A stretch of 49,139 bases of DNA from Gammaproteobacteria bacterium (GTDB taxonomy: Bacteria > Pseudomonadota > Gammaproteobacteria > JABDGN01), in assembly GCA_009692385.1 (NCBI GenBank), contig SHZH01000001.1:1-49139 (forward strand), written 5' to 3'. This document shows, piece after piece, positions 7,123 to 16,473 of the stretch. The notes under the pieces are model-generated. The model saw only the letters and a program-made list of their open reading frames with translations. It searched no databases and was not told where the DNA came from. Position 1 is the stretch's first letter. Every line of letters starts with the position of its first letter. The position numbers and the translations under genes are program-made.

Positions 7123-8316
7123 ATGACTGATCTAAAAACCTGGCTACTTTTAATTCGCACCCCCAATATGTCGTGGAAAAAATTTTCTACTATTTTAGCC
7201 ATTGATCCTAAATTAGAGATGCTCACGTCAAATCCATTGCCCTTATTAAAACAGCGGGGTTTTAACGAAGAGCAATTAGCATTTTGGCGTTCGCCGCCGG
7301 AAAAAATAGTAGAAAGTGATCAAATCTGGTTAAATTTTACTAATCATCATTTAGTCACTTTTCTTGACCCAGACTATCCACAGTTATTAAAAGAAATTCC
7401 TGATCCGCCGTTGGCGTTATTTGTGATAGGTGATCGGTGTTTATTAATGTCACCACAGCTAGCCATTGTCGGTAGTCGTAATCCTTCAAATTTGGGTCGC
7501 GAAACTGCACAACAATTTGCCCATTATTTAGCAAACGTGGGTTTAACGATCACCAGCGGTCTGGCCTTGGGTATTGATGCCGCCGCCCACCACGGTGCAT
7601 TGGCCGCCAAAGGTAAAACTATCGCCGTGTGTGGTACCGGTTTAGATACGGTCTATCCAGCAAAACATCGTGATCTGGCCGAGCATATTAGCCAAACGGG
7701 CGCCATTGTGTCCGAATTTCCATTGGGCACCAAACCCCATCCCTATAATTTTCCACAACGGAATCGAATTATTAGTGGTTTAAGCGTAGGTACCTTAGTA
7801 GTTGAAGCTGCAGTACGCAGCGGTTCACTCATCACGGCACATGCGGCTTTAGAACAAGGGCGCGAAGTGTTTGCTATTCCCGGCTCAATCCACAATCCTT
7901 TGGCGAAAGGATGTCATCAATTGATCCGCCAAGGTGCCAAGTTAGTCGAAACGGCCCATGATATTCTCGAAGATTTAGGATCTTTGCTTGGAATTTTGAC
8001 CCCCACCCTAACCCTCCCCCGTGAGTACACAGGGGAGGGAATAGGAGAGATCCCGCTTCCCTCCCTCGCTTGTACCCAAAGGGCACAGGCGGGGGGAGGG
8101 TTAGGGTGGGGGCAACAGCTTGAAAAAGTGGATGCTTCCCCTCTATTAGATAAAGAATATCAAGTCCTGCTAGGACTCATCGGCTATGAAACCACCGCCG
8201 TTGATACCTTAGTGATCCAAAGTGGCTTAAGCGTTGAGGTTGTCGCCTCCATGCTATTAATGTTAGAGTTGCAATCCTTGATTATTAGCCAACCGGGTGG
8301 CTATGTTCGAAAATAG
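7123..8316 (+). CDS. dprA: DNA processing protein DprA (Smf), carrying an in-frame repeat insertion
   Basis: Rossmann core (IVGSRNPS, GLALGIDAAAH, FPQRNRIISGL, GSLITA) and a C-terminal winged-helix tail. An extra GC-rich segment lies at about aa 293-330. Confidence 0.9.
   Translation: MTDLKTWLLLIRTPNMSWKKFSTILAIDPKLEMLTSNPLPLLKQRGFNEEQLAFWRSPPEKIVESDQIWLNFTNHHLVTFLDPDYPQLLKEIPDPPLALFVIGDRCLLMSPQLAIVGSRNPSNLGRETAQQFAHYLANVGLTITSGLALGIDAAAHHGALAAKGKTIAVCGTGLDTVYPAKHRDLAEHISQTGAIVSEFPLGTKPHPYNFPQRNRIISGLSVGTLVVEAAVRSGSLITAHAALEQGREVFAIPGSIHNPLAKGCHQLIRQGAKLVETAHDILEDLGSLLGILTPTLTLPREYTGEGIGEIPLPSLACTQRAQAGGGLGWGQQLEKVDASPLLDKEYQVLLGLIGYETTAVDTLVIQSGLSVEVVASMLLMLELQSLIISQPGGYVRK
8000..8112. repeat. 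Nested GC-rich palindromic element (long member of the repeat family) inside dprA
   Basis: Perfect 21-bp inverted arms: CCCCCACCCTAACCCTCCCCC (8000-8020) and GGGGGAGGGTTAGGGTGGGGG (8092-8112). An inner hairpin pairs GGGGAGGGAA with TTCCCTCCC. Local GC content is far above the surrounding sequence. Confidence 0.8.
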
Positions 8317-8327
8317 TTGGAACATTT

Positions 8328-10610
8328 ATGGAAAATACGTTAGTTATCGTTGAGTCTCCGGCTAAAGCCAAGACCATCAAAAAATATTTAGGCGCTGGGT
8401 ATCATGTGCTGGCTTCTTATGGTCACGTGCGCGATTTGGTGCCTAAATCTGGCGCAGTCGATCCGAATAATGATTTTGCGATGCGTTACGAAATCATCGC
8501 CAAAAATGCTAAGCACGTGGATGAAATTGTTAAAGCAATGAAAAAAGCCGACCACTTACTGCTGGCAACCGATCCGGATCGCGAGGGTGAAGCGATTGCG
8601 TGGAACATTGCTGTGATTTTAACTGAACGCAAAGCCCTCAAAGATAAAACCGTTAAGCGCGTCGTGTTTCATGAAATCACCAAAACGGCGATTCTGGCTG
8701 CTGTGGCTAATCCACGTGAAATCGCGATGGATTTGGTGAATGCCCAACAAGCGCGTCGTGCCCTCGATTATTTAGTGGGTTTTAATTTATCGCCGTTATT
8801 ATGGAAAAAAGTGCGTCGTGGTTTATCCGCGGGTCGGGTGCAAAGTCCTGCTTTACGTTTGATCGTTGAGCGTGAACTTGAAATCGAAAAATTTAAAAAC
8901 AAAGAATATTGGACCATCGAAAGTGATCTAACTGCTGCGAAACAACATTTTTCAGCGAAATTAGCGGAATATCAAACAGAGAAAGTTGAACAATTTACGG
9001 TGACGAACAGCGAGCAAGCTGAAAAAATAAAAATCGATTTAGAAAAACAAGCGAACGGTAAATTAGTTGTTAGCAAAGTTGACAAAAAACAACGCAAACG
9101 CAATCCGACCGCACCATTTATCACGTCTACCTTACAACAAGAAGCAGCGCGAAAATTAGGTTTTACCGCGCAACGTACCATGCGCGTCGCGCAGCAATTA
9201 TATGAAGGGGTAGAAGTTGGTACCGGTTCGACGGGTTTAATTTCGTATATGCGTACCGACTCAGTCAATGTAGCGGCCGAAGCCATTGCTGAAATTCGCG
9301 ACTTGATTGTGAAGCGTTATGGTAAAGAAAATTTACCGGATGAGATCCGCGTATACACCACTAAATCAAAAAATGCCCAAGAAGCGCATGAGGCCATTCG
9401 CCCCACTTCCGCATTTCGCCGTCCCGATGAAATGAAAGATTATTTATCGATCGAACAATTCAAATTATACGATTTAATTTGGAAACGTACGGTCGCGTCG
9501 CAAATGATTTCCGCGACCATTAATACCGTTGCCGTCGATTTGATCTGTGGCAAAGCCGGTAATCGTTTTCGCGCTAATGGTTCAACCATTGCCGATCCCG
9601 GTTTTATGATGGTGTATCAAGAAGCGCTTGATGATGCAGTGCCAACCGATGGTGATGAAAAATTGTTACCTCCCATGAAAGAGGGCGATATTATCGACTT
9701 GCAAATCATTCGTGCCGAGCAACATTTTACCGAACCACCACCGCGTTATTCGGAAGCGAGCTTAATTAAAACGCTCGAAGAGTATGGGATTGGCCGACCC
9801 TCGACGTATGCATCCATTATTTCGACTCTGCAAAATCGGGATTATGCGCGCTTAGAAACCAAACGCTTTTTTCCGACCGATGTCGGTCGCGTGGTGAATC
9901 ATTTTTTAACAAATTATTTTACTCAGTATGTTGATTACACTTTTACAGCCAATTTAGAAGATGAACTGGACGAAGTGTCGCGCGGGGAACGTCAGTGGAT
10001 CCCACTGTTACGCGAATTTTGGGATCCGTTTATTAAACAAGTACACGACATTGATGCCACCGTGCAGCGCAGTGATGTGACACAAGAAAAAATGGATGAA
10101 AATTGTCCGGAGTGCAGCAAGCCATTAAGTATTCGTCTGGGACGTTCGGGTCGTTTTATTGGCTGTACCGGTTTTCCTGAATGTGCCTACACGCGCAGCT
10201 TAGATGGCGATAAAGATGCCGTGAACGCGGCCGAAGTCATCGGCGATCGCAAATGTCCTAAGGACGAAGCCGATTTAGTGATCAAACAAGGTCCTTACGG
10301 TAAGTTCATTGGTTGCAGCAATTATCCGAAATGTAAATTCATTGAGCCTTTAGAAAAACCACGCGACACCCAAGTGCCGTGTCCAAAATGCCATAAAGGC
10401 AGTATTGTGCAACGCAAATCGAAGCGCGGTAAAATTTTCTTTTCGTGTTCCGAATATCCGACGTGTAATTATGCGCTGTGGAATGAGCCGATTGCGGAAG
10501 CCTGTCCGAAATGTCAATGGCCATTATTGACCCTTAAAATCACTAAAAAGAATGGTAAAGAAAAAATGTGTCCGCAAGAGGGGTGTGGCTTTAGCGAGTC
10601 GATGGAATAA
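8328..10610 (+). CDS. topA: DNA topoisomerase I
   Basis: 760 aa with a TOPRIM N-terminus (LVIVESPAKAKTI), the active-site region SYMRTDS and C-terminal Zn-ribbon repeats. Confidence 0.95.
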   Translation: MENTLVIVESPAKAKTIKKYLGAGYHVLASYGHVRDLVPKSGAVDPNNDFAMRYEIIAKNAKHVDEIVKAMKKADHLLLATDPDREGEAIAWNIAVILTERKALKDKTVKRVVFHEITKTAILAAVANPREIAMDLVNAQQARRALDYLVGFNLSPLLWKKVRRGLSAGRVQSPALRLIVERELEIEKFKNKEYWTIESDLTAAKQHFSAKLAEYQTEKVEQFTVTNSEQAEKIKIDLEKQANGKLVVSKVDKKQRKRNPTAPFITSTLQQEAARKLGFTAQRTMRVAQQLYEGVEVGTGSTGLISYMRTDSVNVAAEAIAEIRDLIVKRYGKENLPDEIRVYTTKSKNAQEAHEAIRPTSAFRRPDEMKDYLSIEQFKLYDLIWKRTVASQMISATINTVAVDLICGKAGNRFRANGSTIADPGFMMVYQEALDDAVPTDGDEKLLPPMKEGDIIDLQIIRAEQHFTEPPPRYSEASLIKTLEEYGIGRPSTYASIISTLQNRDYARLETKRFFPTDVGRVVNHFLTNYFTQYVDYTFTANLEDELDEVSRGERQWIPLLREFWDPFIKQVHDIDATVQRSDVTQEKMDENCPECSKPLSIRLGRSGRFIGCTGFPECAYTRSLDGDKDAVNAAEVIGDRKCPKDEADLVIKQGPYGKFIGCSNYPKCKFIEPLEKPRDTQVPCPKCHKGSIVQRKSKRGKIFFSCSEYPTCNYALWNEPIAEACPKCQWPLLTLKITKKNGKEKMCPQEGCGFSESME

Positions 10611-10639
10611 ACAATTTTTAGCACATTACTTGCTCCTTA

Positions 10640-11479
10640 TTATTGTCTAGGTTGACGAATATTACTTTTAACTAATTCTTCTAGGCTTATAGAGTCGGTA
10701 CTGCGGATTGGATTAATATCCAAACCACCGCGGCGCGTATAGCGTGCATAGACCGTTAATTTTTCCGGCTTAAATTTCGTATAAATATCCATGAAGATCC
10801 GTTCGGCACAGGATTCATGAAATTCATTGTGATTGCGAAAGGAAACGATATATTTTAGTAACGACTCATGTGAGATTTTCTGTCCGGTATACGAGATGTT
10901 TACACTGGCCCAATCTGGTTGCGAAGTGACTAAGCAATTTGATTTAAGTAAATTAGAGTGGATACTTTCAGTCACTTGTTTTTTTTCAGCAGCTGCAATT
11001 AATAATTCTTTGTTTGGCTGATATTCGATACAGTCAATATCTAAATCATCTAAACAAGTTGATTTAAAATTAGTGATTTTTATTTCGCGAAAACGGTCTA
11101 CTGAATATAGTTTAACGATCACCTCACCGCCAACACACTCAGACAGATCATGTGTAAGTATCGCTTCGACCTCGGCGCTATTTTTATATTTAGTATTACT
11201 CAGTGAATTTAAATACAGTTTAAATGATTTCGATTCAAAAATATTAGGCGAAGTCGCTGGCACATAAAATTCACCAATCGCGACTTCCGGTTTACCTTTT
11301 AAATTTAGCCACGAGATCTCATAGGCATTCCAAATGTCACAGCCGTAAAATGGACAGGTATCACCGAGACCGAGCTCTTTTCGATGATGCGATCTTGAAA
11401 TTGCAAATAACAATGAAGGATCGTAAGATGACCTATAATTACTTGCTTTGCCCAGTGGTGCATTCTTTAAATGAAGCAT
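10640..11479 (-). CDS. queF: NADPH-dependent 7-cyano-7-deazaguanine reductase (two-domain type)
   Basis: Motifs YDPSLL and ESKSFKLYLNS. The ATG at 11479 is preceded by AGAGG at 8 nt; the track start at 11482 is a TTG. Confidence 0.9.
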   Translation of the reverse strand: MLHLKNAPLGKASNYRSSYDPSLLFAISRSHHRKELGLGDTCPFYGCDIWNAYEISWLNLKGKPEVAIGEFYVPATSPNIFESKSFKLYLNSLSNTKYKNSAEVEAILTHDLSECVGGEVIVKLYSVDRFREIKITNFKSTCLDDLDIDCIEYQPNKELLIAAAEKKQVTESIHSNLLKSNCLVTSQPDWASVNISYTGQKISHESLLKYIVSFRNHNEFHESCAERIFMDIYTKFKPEKLTVYARYTRRGGLDINPIRSTDSISLEELVKSNIRQPRQ

Positions 11480-11496
11480 CAAAAAACCTCTAAAAT

Positions 11497-11502
11497 ATTA
11501 TA
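11497..11502 (-). promoter_or_regulatory. Putative -10 (TATAAT) of a queF promoter
   Basis: The minus strand reads GCTAGTATAATATTTTAGAGGTTTTTTGATG. The hexamer is perfect, but no convincing -35 is seen. Confidence 0.35.
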
Positions 11503-11531
11503 CTAGCACTTATATTGTGTTACGACGAGCA

Positions 11532-12566
11532 TCAGGTAGTCATTTTCAATTCTTGCCAATATTGCTCATACAATTCATTGGCACCGCCAATATCCGTTTC
11601 GAATTGGCTATTTTTGAGATCGACTGCATTTGGATAAAGCACACGACTATCACGCTGTTCTTTAGGCAATAATTTTTTGGCGGCTAGATTTGGCGTTGAG
11701 TAGCGTAACGTGGTGGCGATCTGCGCCGCGATATCCGGGCGTAAAATAAAGTTAATGAATTTATAAGCATTGTCGCGATTGGGTGCGTTTTTCGGAATGG
11801 CCATGCTATTCATCCACAGGAATACACCGTCATTTGGATAGATAAATTCGAGTCCAGGATTGCTTAGAATTGCCGCATAGGTATCACCGGAATAGCCGAC
11901 ACCGATCACGGCATTTTCGTTGGTGTAAATTGATTGTGGCGCAATCATATTAAATAATTTGATGTTGGGTAATAAGGTACGCAGTTTTTCATAGGCTTGC
12001 TTTATCTGTTTCGGATCTTGAGTATTGATGGAATAGCCTAGTAGATGCAGAGCTATATCAAAATTGGTGCGGGGATCATCCATTAATAGGAGTTTATCTT
12101 TTAGAACGGGATCCCATAAATCATGCCACCGATCAAATTTCAAGTGGGGATAATATTTACGATTAATGACTAATCCCGTACTTCCCCATAAATACGGTAC
12201 GCTGTAGTTATTTTGCGGATCGAAAGCTTGATCCACAAAATGAGGATCGAGATTTTTGAAATTAGGAATTTTGGTTTTATCAATTTTTTCGAGCATCCCA
12301 GCACGTTCCATGCGTCCTAAGAATTCGACTGAAGGGAAGATAACATCATAGCCACTATTATTATAAGCAATGGCTAACTTAGCATATAGATCTTGATCGC
12401 TCATGTAGGTGGAGTAACGAACTTTGATACCGGTTTCTTTAGTGAATTCGTCAGCAACGGTATCGGGTAAAAAGCCACCCCAGTTATAAATATTAAGTAT
12501 TTCGTGTTGTTTAGCAAAAACGCTCGCACTAAAAATCAATAAGAAAGCTAATAATATCCTTTTCAT
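11532..12566 (-). CDS. potD: Spermidine/putrescine ABC transporter periplasmic binding protein (paralog 1)
   Basis: PotD/PotF family. Signal peptide MKRILLAFLLIFSASVFA. The start overlaps the upstream stop (TAATG). Confidence 0.85.
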   Translation of the reverse strand: MKRILLAFLLIFSASVFAKQHEILNIYNWGGFLPDTVADEFTKETGIKVRYSTYMSDQDLYAKLAIAYNNSGYDVIFPSVEFLGRMERAGMLEKIDKTKIPNFKNLDPHFVDQAFDPQNNYSVPYLWGSTGLVINRKYYPHLKFDRWHDLWDPVLKDKLLLMDDPRTNFDIALHLLGYSINTQDPKQIKQAYEKLRTLLPNIKLFNMIAPQSIYTNENAVIGVGYSGDTYAAILSNPGLEFIYPNDGVFLWMNSMAIPKNAPNRDNAYKFINFILRPDIAAQIATTLRYSTPNLAAKKLLPKEQRDSRVLYPNAVDLKNSQFETDIGGANELYEQYWQELKMTT

Positions 12567-13597
12567 TAGCCACCTAGTTTTAGCATTTGCCAATAGTTTT
12601 GATAGATCTCATTAGCTTCGCCAATATCGATTTCAAAACTACTCTGTTTAATTTGTTCGGCTGAGGGATATAAAATCGGATTGTTGCGGATCTCGGCGGG
12701 TAATAATTTTATCGCGGCAGCATTGGGTGACGAATAGCCAATATTTTCTGCGATCTGTTCACCAATATCAGCACGTAAAATAAAATTCATAAACTTGTAA
12801 GCATTTTCTAGATGCGGCGGATTGTTGGGAACTATCATGCTATCGAGCCACAAGAATACGCCATCTTCGGGATAAATAAATTCAATGCTTGGATTATGCT
12901 GGATCGCCAGGTAAATATCGCCATTAAAACCTAGGCCGATCGTGGCATTTTCATTAGCATAAATGGACTGCGGTCCGGTAATATTAAACAATTTGATATT
13001 CGGCATTAAATTAACTAACTGCTCATAAGCCTGTTTGATCTGCGTTGGATCTTGAGTGTTTATTGAATAATTTAAAACTGTCAATCCCAGGGAAAATGAC
13101 GTGCGCATTTCATCGATCATCAGTATTTTATCTTTAAATTGTGGCTCCCAGAGTTGTGCCCAGTGTGTAAGTTTTAAATTTGGAAAATATTTACGATTGA
13201 CGACAAAACCAGTACTTCCCCATAAATAGGGCACGCTATAACCATTTTGTGGATCAAACACTTGATCCATAAACTGCGGTGAGACATTTTTAAAATTCGG
13301 AATTTTGGTTTTATCGAGTGGATGTAAGAGCTGGTTGTGGATCATCCGTGATAAATAATCGGTTGAAACCACCGCGACGTCATAACCGCTGTGATTGGCT
13401 GAAGCGCCTAATTTCCCGAACAGCTCTTCATCACTGGCAAAGGTAGAATAATTAACTTTGATACCTGTTTCTTTGGTAAATTGGGCGAGCACGTTATCGG
13501 GAATGTAACCCGTGTAATTGTAAACGTTAACCACGTTTTCAGCAGCGAATAACGACAAGGACAGCAGCAACCCCATGATCGCAATAACAGCCCTCAT
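12566..13597 (-). CDS. potD: Spermidine/putrescine ABC transporter periplasmic binding protein (paralog 2)
   Basis: Colinear with paralog 1 (shared VPYLWGSTG and IKLFN motifs). Signal peptide MRAVIAIMGLLLSLSLFA. ATGA overlap with the potC stop. Confidence 0.85.
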   Translation of the reverse strand: MRAVIAIMGLLLSLSLFAAENVVNVYNYTGYIPDNVLAQFTKETGIKVNYSTFASDEELFGKLGASANHSGYDVAVVSTDYLSRMIHNQLLHPLDKTKIPNFKNVSPQFMDQVFDPQNGYSVPYLWGSTGFVVNRKYFPNLKLTHWAQLWEPQFKDKILMIDEMRTSFSLGLTVLNYSINTQDPTQIKQAYEQLVNLMPNIKLFNITGPQSIYANENATIGLGFNGDIYLAIQHNPSIEFIYPEDGVFLWLDSMIVPNNPPHLENAYKFMNFILRADIGEQIAENIGYSSPNAAAIKLLPAEIRNNPILYPSAEQIKQSSFEIDIGEANEIYQNYWQMLKLGG

Positions 13598-14349
13598 TCT
13601 ATGCGTACCCGCCACTGCGCGATGAGGATCAAGATCAATGTTACAAAGAAAATAATGCTGCATAAAGCGTTAATTTCTGGCGTAACACCCAAGCGTACTA
13701 AAGAGTAAATATATAACGGTAGAACATTAAAGCTGGGGCCAGTTAAAAAGAAACTGATGATCACATCGTCCATCGATAAGGTGAAACACATTAACCAGGC
13801 GCCGATAATAGCCGGCAATAACAACGGTAAAATGATCCGTCGCAAAATTGTCCATTCGGAAGCCCCGAGATCACGACCTGCTTCAAATAAGCTGCTGTCT
13901 AGATCTAATAAACGACTATTGATCATGATCGTCACAAACGGTAAGCACAGGGTAATATGCCCAATTGCTAATGTAAAAAAGCCCAAGGGGAAATGTAATA
14001 AGTGCAGCCATAATAATAATGAAATACCTAGTACGAGATCAGGAAAGATAATCAAGCTAAACAAGGCATTTGATAATACTTGTCGGCCTAAGAAACGATA
14101 ACGACGCAGCACCACCGCCGCTAACGTTCCAAACACCGTCGCTAAAGTTGAAGCCACTACGGCAACTAATAACGAATTTCCCGCCACGACCAGCAAATTG
14201 GGATCTTGCCACAAAGTTTGATACCACTGCATGGTAAAACCGGTTTGCGGTGGTGCTTGAAAAAATGAATAGGTGATCAACACAAATAATGGCACATACA
14301 AAAAAGCGTAACATAAAACTAAATAAGAACTGCGGATGTATTTATTCAT
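13594..14349 (-). CDS. potC: Spermidine/putrescine ABC transporter permease PotC
   Basis: 251 aa, six-TM binding-protein-dependent permease with an EAA-like loop (EAGRDLGAS). Confidence 0.85.
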   Translation of the reverse strand: MNKYIRSSYLVLCYAFLYVPLFVLITYSFFQAPPQTGFTMQWYQTLWQDPNLLVVAGNSLLVAVVASTLATVFGTLAAVVLRRYRFLGRQVLSNALFSLIIFPDLVLGISLLLWLHLLHFPLGFFTLAIGHITLCLPFVTIMINSRLLDLDSSLFEAGRDLGASEWTILRRIILPLLLPAIIGAWLMCFTLSMDDVIISFFLTGPSFNVLPLYIYSLVRLGVTPEINALCSIIFFVTLILILIAQWRVRIE

Positions 14350-15197
14350 AGTGCTTCACGCTCCGACCGTGGGGTGCTACGAAAGTAGAACCATAATAAT
14401 AGACTCATCACCACCGTTAGTGTTAAGCTGAGAGCCGAACCCAGCGGCCAATTTTCAGCACTTAAAAATTGAGTTTGGATCACGTTGCCGAGTAATAATG
14501 ATTTCGCACCACCTAACAGATCAGGAATATAAAATAAGGTCATCGCTGGTAAGAACGTCAACATGATAGCCGAATAAATCCCCGACTTCGTCAACGGTAA
14601 AATGATCCGCAAAAAAGTAGTGGGGCCATTCGCGCCTAAATCGCGTGCTGCATCAATTAGACGACGATCTAATTTTTCCATATTGGAAAATAAGGGTAAT
14701 ACTACAAACGGTAATAAGTTATAGACTAAACCAATGATCACTGCGGTGTTAGTATAAAGTAATTGCAACGGTTGATCGATTACGCCGATTTTTATTAAAA
14801 ACGTATTTAACAAACCATGCGCTTGAATAATCGTAATAATTGCGTAACTGCGCAACAACGAGCTAGTCCAAAAAGGAATGATCACGAATAAAGCCATCAA
14901 GCCTTTTATCTTTGACGGTAATTGCGTTAAGAAATAAGCAAATGGATAACCGATGATCAAACATAATACGGTTACCCAAAATGCCAATTGCAGCGAACGC
15001 CAAAAAACTTTTAAGTAAATGGGGGTCAGTAAGGTTTTGTAATTTGCTAAGGTGAATTTCCAAACAAAGAGTTGATCAGGCGTGTGTTGTAAAAAACTGC
15101 AAATTACGACTAAGGTTAATGGACAAATTGAAAATAAAATAAGCCACAAGTAAACGCTATTTATCGTGAGATATTTAAAAACATTATCTTTATGCAA
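14346..15197 (-). CDS. potB: Spermidine/putrescine ABC transporter permease PotB
   Basis: 283 aa permease with the EAA loop DAARDLGANG. 4-nt overlap with potC. Confidence 0.85.
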   Translation of the reverse strand: MHKDNVFKYLTINSVYLWLILFSICPLTLVVICSFLQHTPDQLFVWKFTLANYKTLLTPIYLKVFWRSLQLAFWVTVLCLIIGYPFAYFLTQLPSKIKGLMALFVIIPFWTSSLLRSYAIITIIQAHGLLNTFLIKIGVIDQPLQLLYTNTAVIIGLVYNLLPFVVLPLFSNMEKLDRRLIDAARDLGANGPTTFLRIILPLTKSGIYSAIMLTFLPAMTLFYIPDLLGGAKSLLLGNVIQTQFLSAENWPLGSALSLTLTVVMSLLLWFYFRSTPRSEREAL

Positions 15198-15200
15198 CGT

Positions 15201-16316
15201 CTACTCCTGCAGCTCTTCTGGCAGCTCGGGCAGTACGACTTCCCATCCTGGATACCATTCTACCCAAACAGTTTCACCTATTTTGTATTCTAGGTTTTCA
15301 TCATCTTCATCGAAAAATTCGCTGGCTAATAACTTAGTACCACTATTCAAGCGCACAATCAGATCGACGGTGCTGCCTTTATAAACGACTTCTTCAACCG
15401 TTGCTTGATACATGGTAATGATTTCAGTATTGGTAACTTCGTTGATGCTCCACACTTTCAAATCTTCAGGGCGAACCAAGGTCACCACTTTTTGATCTTG
15501 CGTGATATGACGACGATTGGTTAAACGCAAGGCTTTACCTTCAATTTCAACATGTAAACTTTCAGCAGACGCTTCCAGAATTTTTGTTTTTAAGAAATTG
15601 GCCTCGCCGACGAATTCGGCAACGGTAATATTGCTCGGCTCTTCATACACTTCACGCGGTGTACCCACTTGCATCACTTCGCCATGTTCCATGATGGCAA
15701 CGCGATCTGACATCGCTAACGCTTCTTCTTGATCGTGGGTAACGCAAATAAAAGTAATACCTAGCTTGCGTTGTAAGGCTTTTAATTCGATTTGCATGTT
15801 TTTACGCAGACGATAATCTAAGGCGCTCATGGGTTCATCAAGTAATAGTACCAATGGTCGATTAACCAGGGCGCGAGCAATGGCGACACGTTGCTGTTGG
15901 CCGCCGCTCAAACTTTCGGGTTTACGATCCGCAAATTTTTCTAAACGGACGGTCGCAAGAATGTTCATCACGCGCGGAATAATTTCTTCAGTAGGAATTT
16001 TTTGACAACGTAAACCAAAAGCTACATTTTCGAGCACGGTCATGTGTGGAAATAACGCATAACTTTGAAAGACGGTATTAACATGGCGCTGATTGGCCGG
16101 CACTTGTGCCATGTTTTTGCCATCAATGAAAATTTCACCGCTTTCAGGTTTTTCAAAACCTGAAAGTAAACGCAGTAAAGTGGTTTTACCGCAGCCGGAG
16201 GGACCCAACAGGGTTAAAAATTCACCGCGCTGAATAGTTAAACTAATGTCAAACAGAACTTGTTGGCCTCCAAAAGATTTGCTGACGTGGCGAATTTCAA
16301 TAATATTGTCGTTCAT
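15201..16316 (-). CDS. potA: Spermidine/putrescine ABC transporter ATPase PotA
   Basis: Walker [10 protein letters not shown], signature LSGGQQQR, Walker B LLLDEP, and a C-terminal TOBE-like domain. The ATG at 16316 is preferred over the TTG at 16337. Confidence 0.9.
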   Translation of the reverse strand: MNDNIIEIRHVSKSFGGQQVLFDISLTIQRGEFLTLLGPSGCGKTTLLRLLSGFEKPESGEIFIDGKNMAQVPANQRHVNTVFQSYALFPHMTVLENVAFGLRCQKIPTEEIIPRVMNILATVRLEKFADRKPESLSGGQQQRVAIARALVNRPLVLLLDEPMSALDYRLRKNMQIELKALQRKLGITFICVTHDQEEALAMSDRVAIMEHGEVMQVGTPREVYEEPSNITVAEFVGEANFLKTKILEASAESLHVEIEGKALRLTNRRHITQDQKVVTLVRPEDLKVWSINEVTNTEIITMYQATVEEVVYKGSTVDLIVRLNSGTKLLASEFFDEDDENLEYKIGETVWVEWYPGWEVVLPELPEELQE

Positions 16317-16362
16317 GCTGGCTCTGGTTCTCCTCAATTATGGCATGAAACTAAATTTAAGT

Positions 16363-16388
16363 AAGGGGAGAGCTGCGCCACTCCCCTT
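16363..16388. other. GC-rich hairpin AAGGGGAG-N10-CTCCCCTT between apaH and potA
   Basis: 8-bp perfect stem, read directly. On the minus strand it is followed by ACTTAAATTTAGTTT. It could be a terminator, a leader structure or a repeat-family relative. Confidence 0.3.
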
Positions 16389-16473
16389 AAAAACCCCATT
16401 GCTTTGTTTTTGCAATAAATTGCAAGTAATTAATAGGGTAAGTATACATATTTTGGGACAAAGTGCGAATTTT

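Noticed and set aside
8708-8723. parS-like sequence TAATCCACGTGAAATC inside topA; general search for parS near parAB
   Set aside because: It matches only about 11 of 16 positions of TGTTNCACGTGAAACA. I found no consensus parS by eye anywhere in the window, and a proper pattern search is needed.
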